Positions 24,034-30,040 of a DNA stretch of 32,000 nucleotides are shown here, one piece after another. The DNA is taken from contig CP061211.1 in NCBI GenBank assembly GCA_026016245.1, positions 600,001-632,000 of the forward strand, written 5' to 3'. This DNA is from Candidatus Pacearchaeota archaeon (GTDB lineage: Archaea > Nanobdellota > Nanobdellia > Pacearchaeales > UBA284). Each line of letters starts with the position of its first letter. Within the stretch, counting starts at the first letter, position 1. The notes beneath the pieces are model-generated. The model saw nothing but the letters and a program-made list of their open reading frames with translations, did not search any database and had not been told where the DNA came from. The position numbers were made by a program, and so were the translations under genes.

Positions 24034-24794
24034 GGGGATTGCCGAAAATAGAATTTAAATTAGCATCTTTTAAATATAATTATCAAATTCTAAATTATTT
24101 TGTTTTTCATAAATCTCCAAAAATTAGAAAAAGAATTCTGAATGTTTATCCTGAATTAAGAAAAATTTATTCTATCAAAAAAAATACAGAAAGAGATAAA
24201 TTTATTAGAGAATTTTGTAAGAGACAATCATCAAAAAATTCTAAAGCAATAATGAAGAAAAAAGAAATTATCGATAAAGAATGGAGGAAAATACATACAC
24301 CATTTATGAAGGCATTGAGCAAAGTTTTAGAAATAAAATGGCCCAACACAAAGATAATAGGTTATCTTTCAATAGTTCCAGTTTATCCTAGACATCTCAA
24401 TAATTGGAGTTTTTCTTTTTATTATAAAGAAAATACTAAAGGCATTATTGCTGTAATAGCACACGAAATATCCCATTTTTTATATTTCAAAAAATTCAAA
24501 GAACTTTTTCCAAAAATCAATAAGAGAAGGTATGATATTCCTTATATAGAATGGTATCTTAGTGAAATGCTTGCTCCAATAATTTTAGCACATCCAAAAA
24601 TCAAAAAAATAATTGGAAAGCGAATACAAAGAGGTTATATTTTGAGAAAAAGAGAAAAATTATTATATAGAAAACTTCTTTTACTTTATAAAGATAGTTT
24701 GAAAAATAGAGAACCTTTTTCAGAATTCTTAAAGAAAACTTATAGATTAGTCAAAAGAATAAATAGAGGCTTTGTGGTTAAAGGCTTCCCATAA
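24030..24794 (+). CDS. hypothetical protein with HExxH motif (possible Zn metallopeptidase)
   Basis: AVIAHEISHFLYF (HEISH at 24462-24476), with a downstream E (IEWYLSEMLAP) as a possible third ligand. ATGA overlap with the methyltransferase stop. No family was recognised by eye. Confidence 0.5.
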   Translation: MRGLPKIEFKLASFKYNYQILNYFVFHKSPKIRKRILNVYPELRKIYSIKKNTERDKFIREFCKRQSSKNSKAIMKKKEIIDKEWRKIHTPFMKALSKVLEIKWPNTKIIGYLSIVPVYPRHLNNWSFSFYYKENTKGIIAVIAHEISHFLYFKKFKELFPKINKRRYDIPYIEWYLSEMLAPIILAHPKIKKIIGKRIQRGYILRKREKLLYRKLLLLYKDSLKNREPFSEFLKKTYRLVKRINRGFVVKGFP

Positions 24795-24840
24795 ATTTTC
24801 TTCTCAAAACCTTTTTAAATCCACTAAGCATATAATAATA

Positions 24841-25272
24841 ATGGCAAAAAAGAGGAAAGCAAAAAGAAAGAAAGTTAAAACTAGAAGAAAAGTTAGAAGA
24901 GTGAAAACTAGGGCAAGGGCAAAAAGAGTGGCAGTAACAAAAGCACCTACAACAGTGCAATCAGCTTACACACTTTGTGTTGCAGGCGGAATAATTGTAT
25001 TGATAGCTGGAGTTCTTGCTTTGTTTTTCAGCAGTGTATTTGCATTGACACAGATAGCAGGAACCCTTATTGACCATATAATTAGTTTGATATGTGGTGC
25101 TGTGTTGTTGATTACAGCATCATCAATTAAGAAAAGTCCAAAAAGCGCAGCAATTATAACTTTATTGTTTGGAGTTATTGCATTGATCTTTCCACCACAC
25201 GGATTTATTGTTGGTCCAATCTTATCTTTGATAGGATCAGTAATATTGCTAGTAAGAAGAAGATTAGAATAG
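24841..25272 (+). CDS. small membrane protein: ~35-aa Arg/Lys-rich N-terminus followed by 3-4 TM helices
   Basis: MAKKRKAKRKKVKTRRKVRRVKTRARAKR... is followed by hydrophobic segments (GGIIVLIAGVLALFF; LICGAVLLITA; IITLLFGVIALIF; ILSLIGSVILLV). The ATG at 24841 is preferred over the TTG-type start at 24772. Confidence 0.6.
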   Translation: MAKKRKAKRKKVKTRRKVRRVKTRARAKRVAVTKAPTTVQSAYTLCVAGGIIVLIAGVLALFFSSVFALTQIAGTLIDHIISLICGAVLLITASSIKKSPKSAAIITLLFGVIALIFPPHGFIVGPILSLIGSVILLVRRRLE

Positions 25273-25281
25273 AATTAAAAA

Positions 25282-26421
25282 TTATTTCAGGAATTTAATT
25301 ATTTCAGGAATTCTTAGAAGTTTTTCTTTTCCTGTTTTCATATTTCTTAGTTTAATTTTTCCTTTTTTGATCTCTTCTGCTCCTATGAAAATTACAAAAG
25401 GAATTTTTTGTTTATTTGCATAATCCAGAGCTTTAGAAATTTTATCCATAATAAAACAAGATATATTTCTTTTCCTTAACTGTTCTGCAATTTTAATTGC
25501 TTCTTTCTCTTGTTTGATTGAAATAATAAGACATTTGATATTTTCAACTTTTATTTTTGTTATAGTACTTAATCTTTCTAGACCAAAAGAAATTCCTGTG
25601 CTTTGGATTCCATTGATAATATAAGAACCTCCCCCACCTATGCTTTCCTTAATCTTTTTCACTTTTATTTCAAAGACACTTCCGTTATAATAAGCCAAGC
25701 CGCGAGCAAGACTAGATAAGAATTTAACTTTTACGCCATAATTTTTGCAATATCTCTCTAACTCTTGAATTTCTTTGTATGCCTTATATTTCTTAAAGAA
25801 AGATTCAGGTTTTTTGAATAAAGTAAGGAGATTTTCTGCTTTGTATTTTTTCAGATTTTTCCTTACTTCTTGTTCTGAGAGCTTGTCTAATTTGTCTATT
25901 TCCTTAATAACCTGTTCTTTTTTCTTTATTCCTTCTTTTTCCAAAATTTCATTTATTAATTTTCTATTGTTTATGTAGATTTCAGTATCTATTTCCAATT
26001 CTTTTAGAATTTCTGAGAATAATTTAAGAATTTCAGCTTCATCTTTAGTTGTTGAGCCTATTACATCAACATCACACTGAGTAAATTCCCTAAATCTAGC
26101 TTTTGATACTGGTTCATCCCTAAAAACTTCCCCGATTTGATATCTTCTATAAGGTAATTTTTTGTTTTTCGCCAGTCTTTTAAGCTGGAATGTTAATTCA
26201 TATCTTAAAGCCAGCTTTCTTTTTCCCTTATCTTGAAGCTTGAAAATATCACTTATGATTTCATCTTCTCCTGCTTTTACAAATTTTTCATACTCAATAA
26301 CTGGAGTTTCAGCTGGAAGAAAGCCATAGGATTTGAATTTTTTTATTATGATTTCCTTGATTGCTTGTCTTTTCAGAGCTTCTTCTTCTGAAAAATCACG
26401 AAAGCCTTTTACTGTTTCCAT
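25282..26421 (-). CDS. hisS: histidyl-tRNA synthetase
   Basis: Class II motifs: VKGFRDF, LRYELTFQLKR, YQIGEVFRDE..RFREFTQCDVDVIG, GGGGSY. The C-terminal anticodon-binding domain is IPFVIFIGAEEIKKGKIKLRNM. Confidence 0.9.
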   Translation of the reverse strand: METVKGFRDFSEEEALKRQAIKEIIIKKFKSYGFLPAETPVIEYEKFVKAGEDEIISDIFKLQDKGKRKLALRYELTFQLKRLAKNKKLPYRRYQIGEVFRDEPVSKARFREFTQCDVDVIGSTTKDEAEILKLFSEILKELEIDTEIYINNRKLINEILEKEGIKKKEQVIKEIDKLDKLSEQEVRKNLKKYKAENLLTLFKKPESFFKKYKAYKEIQELERYCKNYGVKVKFLSSLARGLAYYNGSVFEIKVKKIKESIGGGGSYIINGIQSTGISFGLERLSTITKIKVENIKCLIISIKQEKEAIKIAEQLRKRNISCFIMDKISKALDYANKQKIPFVIFIGAEEIKKGKIKLRNMKTGKEKLLRIPEIIKFLK

Positions 26422-26454
26422 TTTATTTTTTACTTACCTCCTTTTTGCTTGGAG

Positions 26455-26527
26455 GGTGGTAGCTGGGAATCGGACCCAGACCACTCGGGCCACAGCCGAG
26501 CATACAGACCACTATACGACTACCACC
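26455..26527 (-). tRNA. tRNA-His (anticodon GUG) with genomically encoded G-1
   Basis: The reverse complement is G-GTGGTAG..CTCGG-CTGTGGC-CCGAG..CTGGG-TCCGATT-CCCAG-CTACCAC-C. The extra 5' G lies opposite discriminator C73, as expected for tRNA-His. No CCA is encoded. Its 3' end is 33 nt upstream of hisS. Confidence 0.85.
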
Positions 26528-26675
26528 ATATTTAATTTTAGTGATTGTGGCATTAAAAATCTTTTGAGAAATACAAGCACAGCTAGAGAAATTTATTCTA
26601 GTGATGAATAAACCTCCAGGAGATTTTCATTGTAAAGATTAAAAAGGGAAAAATATTTATAAACTTTTTGTATTA

Positions 26676-26897
26676 ATGGAAAAGATGATTCATAATAATC
26701 AAAATCGTGTAATAGGAATGCTAAAAGACATGTATGGTGATTCTTATAAAGATGAATTTTATTTTGAACAAAAACCAAAAAGGACAATGGGCTATAATGG
26801 AATAATAAAAGATAGGCCACCGAAAAATCTTACAGAAGCTGTCAGAGATTCCAAAGAATTTTATAAAAATAATTTTGGAATAGAAGAATTTATTTAA
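26676..26897 (+). CDS. hypothetical 73-aa protein
   Basis: ORF with an ATATTTATAAAC TATA-like element ~15 nt upstream. No recognisable motif. Convergent with and abutting the minD stop. Confidence 0.35.
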   Translation: MEKMIHNNQNRVIGMLKDMYGDSYKDEFYFEQKPKRTMGYNGIIKDRPPKNLTEAVRDSKEFYKNNFGIEEFI

Positions 26898-27698
26898 CTA
26901 TTCCTCTTTAAACATCCAGCTAAAGAAATTTTTTCCTTTTTCCTCTGGCAGCCTTTTCTTTTCCCCTATTTTCATTGTTTTCTGTTTTTCTTCTCTCATT
27001 CCTATTATTTTTTCAGCCAATCTTTCATATGCTCTGGCTGACTTACTTTCTGGATGTGTATGGATTACTGCATCTCTTAGCATCAAGCTTTCCCTGACAG
27101 CATCATCTTCAGGAATTTTTGCTATCAGTGGCTTTTCTAGCAGTATTTTTATTTCCTTGACTGAAAGCTCTCTTTTATCTTTCCTTATCCTGTTAAGAAT
27201 TATTGATATCTTTTTGTTCATTCTTTCTGCAATCTTTATTGTCTTTAATGCATCTGTAATAGCATGAGTCTCTGGGTTTGTTACAATAAAGAGCTCGTCA
27301 GCAATTTGAAATGGCATCAAAGCCTCACTTCCTAGACCAGCAGCTGAGTCTATGATAATAAAGTCAGAATAATTTTTCATTTCCTGGATTACTTGATTAA
27401 ATTTTTCTGGCTCTATATTTTTTAAGTCTTTAAGGGATAGCGAAGCTGGGACTATTTTTGTTCCTGAATGATGCTCGTAAATAGATTCATAGATATCTTT
27501 TTTTCCTTGGAGTACATGATTTAAAGTTATTGGAATGACTGGGGCTCCAAGATTTATGGCTATGTTTGGAGTTATTAGGTTGCTATCAACGAGAATGACC
27601 TCCTTGCCTAACTTGTTTAAAGCTGAGGCAAGGTTTATTGCAGTAATTGTTTTCCCAACACCCCCCTTTCCTGAGCTTATTACTATGACCTTAGCTAT
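26898..27698 (-). CDS. minD: MinD/ParA-family ATPase (full length 266 codons) lacking a canonical start codon
   Basis: My own translation upstream of the ORF-track M (27380) continues in frame: (I)AKVIVISSGKGGVGKTITAINLASALNKLGKEVILVDSNL...IIIDSAAG. It has a deviant Walker A (27670-27650) and a C-terminal amphipathic tail KGKNFFSWMFKEE. The expected Met position is ATA (27698-27696), 5 nt after GAGGT. Confidence 0.8.
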   Translation of the reverse strand: MAKVIVISSGKGGVGKTITAINLASALNKLGKEVILVDSNLITPNIAINLGAPVIPITLNHVLQGKKDIYESIYEHHSGTKIVPASLSLKDLKNIEPEKFNQVIQEMKNYSDFIIIDSAAGLGSEALMPFQIADELFIVTNPETHAITDALKTIKIAERMNKKISIILNRIRKDKRELSVKEIKILLEKPLIAKIPEDDAVRESLMLRDAVIHTHPESKSARAYERLAEKIIGMREEKQKTMKIGEKKRLPEEKGKNFFSWMFKEE

Positions 27699-27725
27699 TT
27701 TTACCTCTTTTTTCTTCTTATTTTC

Positions 27726-28172
27726 TTATTTCTTTTTTGCCCCATATGAGTGGCATAACTTTATAAAATCATTAAGAGTCTCATTCCATTCCTTGAGTTT
27801 GTCCATATTAATTTCTATTTCCCTGCCAGAATTTATAACTCTGACAGTCACGTTTTTTCTGAACTCATGCTCGCGAATTTTTTCGAGCATTGGGATACGC
27901 CTGAAGAAAGCATACATATCCATCACTCTCACTATGAGGTCATCTTTGTAAGCATCCCTAATAGCGAGTTCTCTAGCTTTTGGAGCAACAGGAATCTCTC
28001 TTATTGCTTTTGATTTTTTTGCCCTTCTCAAAAGCAGCTCCATACATCTATCAACCATCCTTTCCCATCTATTTATCAGATTAAGAATAACATCTCCTGT
28101 TTTAGTGTATTTAAGAGAAACATAAAAAAGATGTTCAGCCATCTTCTTTTCTCGTTCTATTTCATTTAACAT
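27726..28172 (-). CDS. hypothetical helical protein (148 aa), paralog of the upstream ORF
   Basis: Shares an N-terminal xEH-hydrophobic helix and a C-terminal EFxRK...L..W/Y pattern with 28241-28708. Its TAA stop is in frame with minD, 9 codons upstream of it. Confidence 0.6.
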   Translation of the reverse strand: MLNEIEREKKMAEHLFYVSLKYTKTGDVILNLINRWERMVDRCMELLLRRAKKSKAIREIPVAPKARELAIRDAYKDDLIVRVMDMYAFFRRIPMLEKIREHEFRKNVTVRVINSGREIEINMDKLKEWNETLNDFIKLCHSYGAKKK

Positions 28173-28240
28173 CTTAGAAATATCTTCTTTCCTCTTTTTA
28201 CTCGCTTAAGAGGATAATATGTTATTTATATTTATCGTTT

Positions 28241-28708
28241 TTAAATAAGAGGCTTGTTAATTATTGCCTTTATTTTTTTTAAAATGACCTTTAACATATT
28301 CAGATATTTCTTTAGCTGTTCTAAACCAATAGACTCTGTTCTTAGATTGTTTGACATTATAACCAATCTGTCTTTTCTAGTAAACTCAAAACTGCTCTCT
28401 TTGTGTTTCTCCATTATTCCAAAAAGCTCTTTCAGAATTTCTATTTCTTCTGTACTGATATTAAAACGGCTGGCGCATCTTTCTCTAAAAATATCAAATT
28501 TCCTTTCCTGATAAGATCTTATCCTCTTGTACATATATTCATACTGTAATGTTGCTTCTATGATATTGTTGGCTATATTGTAAAGTTGCTCAATAACTTT
28601 CTTCAGAAGCAAATTTTCTTTTATGAGGGGATATGTTATGTAGATCATATGGTCGACTGTTCTTAATGAATGCTCAGTCTTATCAAGAAGTTCATTTATA
28701 TCAGCCAT
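28241..28708 (-). CDS. hypothetical helical protein (155 aa), paralog of the downstream ORF
   Basis: MADINELLDKTEHSLRTVDHMIYITYPL...SSFEFTRKDRLVIMSNNL...LEQLKKYL. Same strand and spacing as the next two genes. Confidence 0.6.
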   Translation of the reverse strand: MADINELLDKTEHSLRTVDHMIYITYPLIKENLLLKKVIEQLYNIANNIIEATLQYEYMYKRIRSYQERKFDIFRERCASRFNISTEEIEILKELFGIMEKHKESSFEFTRKDRLVIMSNNLRTESIGLEQLKKYLNMLKVILKKIKAIINKPLI

Positions 28709-28785
28709 TATTTCTTTCTTCTCCTCGTAAGATATAGAAAGAGGCTATCTATAAATATTTTTTTATTTTAGAATGATAAATTAAA

Positions 28786-28938
28786 TCAGAAAAAAAGCCT
28801 TAAGGCAATCTCAAAAAATATTACTAGAATGATGAGCAAGATGACGAATTCTGGCTTTATCTGAAACTTGCTCTTGTATTCTTCAAAATATCTGACCAAA
28901 CCTCCAGAAGAGGCTGGCACTCTTAATTGTTCTACCAT
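28786..28938 (-). CDS. secG: preprotein translocase subunit Sec61-beta (SecG), 50 aa, absent from the ORF track
   Basis: MVEQLRVPASSGGLVRYFEEYKSKFQIKPEFVILLIILVIFFEIALRLFF has the diagnostic SGGLVRYF(E/D)E motif followed by a single C-terminal TM helix. Confidence 0.75.
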   Translation of the reverse strand: MVEQLRVPASSGGLVRYFEEYKSKFQIKPEFVILLIILVIFFEIALRLFF

Positions 28939-28977
28939 TTTCAAGATTAGTAATTAGTCAAGATATAAAAAACTTTC

Positions 28978-29547
28978 TCAAACAGTTTTTACCATGACCA
29001 CGTCTAGATTATTATCATCATAAAGACATTCCTCAAATAAGGGTTTATAACCATGCCACAAAAGAAATTTTGCTAAATCTTTTCTTTCTTTTCTAAAATC
29101 TAAGATAATTAGGTTTAATCCCTTAGCTTTTGTTGCTTTCTCAACCTGTTTTATTAAAAAAGAAGCCACGCCCTCTCTTCTGAATCCTTCTTTTACTCTC
29201 ATATTTTTAAAGTGCAAAGTATTAGGTAATTGAGATTCTTTGGTTGCTTGGTAAATAGCATTTCCAACTAACTCCCAAGAATCTTTATTATGTTGTCTAT
29301 AAAAAGCAAGTATTGCTTTTTTCCAGTTATCTTCTATTTCAGGAATGCATATTTTTTCAACCCAATCTTTATAGCCAGGATAATTCATTGGATAAGAAAG
29401 TAAAAATGTTTTCAGAAGTTTCAATTCTTTTTCATCACCAAGATTTCCAAAATAAAAATCTCCCATTTCCCCTAGCCTAAAAAGAGGTAGCCAACAATAG
29501 GCCACTTTCTGTAGTTCCTCTTTCCCCTTAAGGAAAGAAACGAACAT
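28978..29547 (-). CDS. GNAT-family N-acetyltransferase
   Basis: Acetyl-CoA motif A: VKEGFRREGVASFLIKQVEKATKAKGLNLIILDF. The start is uncertain, since the ATG at 29547 abuts the RNase P RNA 3' end and an internal M28 is possible. Confidence 0.75.
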   Translation of the reverse strand: MFVSFLKGKEELQKVAYCWLPLFRLGEMGDFYFGNLGDEKELKLLKTFLLSYPMNYPGYKDWVEKICIPEIEDNWKKAILAFYRQHNKDSWELVGNAIYQATKESQLPNTLHFKNMRVKEGFRREGVASFLIKQVEKATKAKGLNLIILDFRKERKDLAKFLLWHGYKPLFEECLYDDNNLDVVMVKTV

Positions 29548-29913
29548 GCTAACATCTGACTAAGCGTCTCGAAGACTTGCACCAGCCAAGATAGCCGTGC
29601 TCAAAATCTTAAGATTTTGGCACGCCTTGTTTGTCACCAAACTTCGGCGTTTCATCAAATCTCTTGTTTCATAGTTTAGCGCAAGCATCATAACGCACGA
29701 AAATCAAAGATTTTCGGCGCGCCAAAAATCATAAGATTTTTTAGCGCTCCACAAGAGCTGTGTCGTTTCTGTGCCAGAGCTATGCCTTTCAGCATGTCTC
29801 TCGCGAGACTGACTACTTCCTCATTAGAAAACCAAGGTTTTCCAATACCTTTCCTTTTCTAGTGAGGGGTGTGTGGACCTTCCTCTATCCCTCGAAAGAG
29901 ACGGAAAGTTAGC
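29548..29913 (-). ncRNA. rnpB: RNase P RNA
   Basis: A GC-rich, ORF-free island in an AT-rich genome. The minus strand carries CR-I-like AGAGGAAGGTCCACAC (about 29872-29887), GGCACAGAAACGAC, AGATTTGATGAAACGCC and ACGGCTATC (CR-IV/V-like). Terminal pairings are GCTAAC/GTTAGC (P1) and CGTCTC/GAGACG (P2). Ends are approximate. Confidence 0.7.
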
Positions 29914-29990
29914 TAATTAGCTACCTCAATAATATGAAGCAAGAAGAATTTAAAAAGGTTTTTATGACTTACTTCTGTCTTCTTAAACAA

Positions 29991-30004
29991 AAAATTTATA
30001 AAGG
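29991..30004 (+). promoter_or_regulatory. TATA-box-like element upstream of the second beta-helix surface protein gene
   Basis: AAAATTTATAAAGG lies 36 nt before the ATG at 30041. An AGAGGT SD-like element lies 5 nt before the ATG. Confidence 0.35.
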
Positions 30005-30040
30005 TTTTTTTATTACTCCTTATGAATAAAAAGAGGTAAG

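Noticed and set aside
26333-26820. ORFs 26333-26611 (+) and 26593-26820 (-)
   Set aside because: The first runs antisense through the hisS start and tRNA-His. The second overlaps the better-supported 26676-26897 ORF region and has no motifs.
27535-27951. 138-aa plus-strand ORF
   Set aside because: It is antisense to the P-loop half of minD (SGKGGVGKT is read on the minus strand) and to the 3' end of the 148-aa gene.
28254-28511. 85-aa plus-strand ORF
   Set aside because: It is antisense to the 155-aa minus-strand gene, which has a paralog next door. The product is F/S/L low complexity.
29548-29930. GC-rich ORF-free island as a foreign insertion, mobile element or CRISPR-like repeat cluster
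   Set aside because: The three similar hairpins are irregularly spaced and sit inside a region with RNase P-like conserved blocks and terminal pairings. A structured housekeeping RNA explains the GC shift better than a CRISPR array or mobile element.
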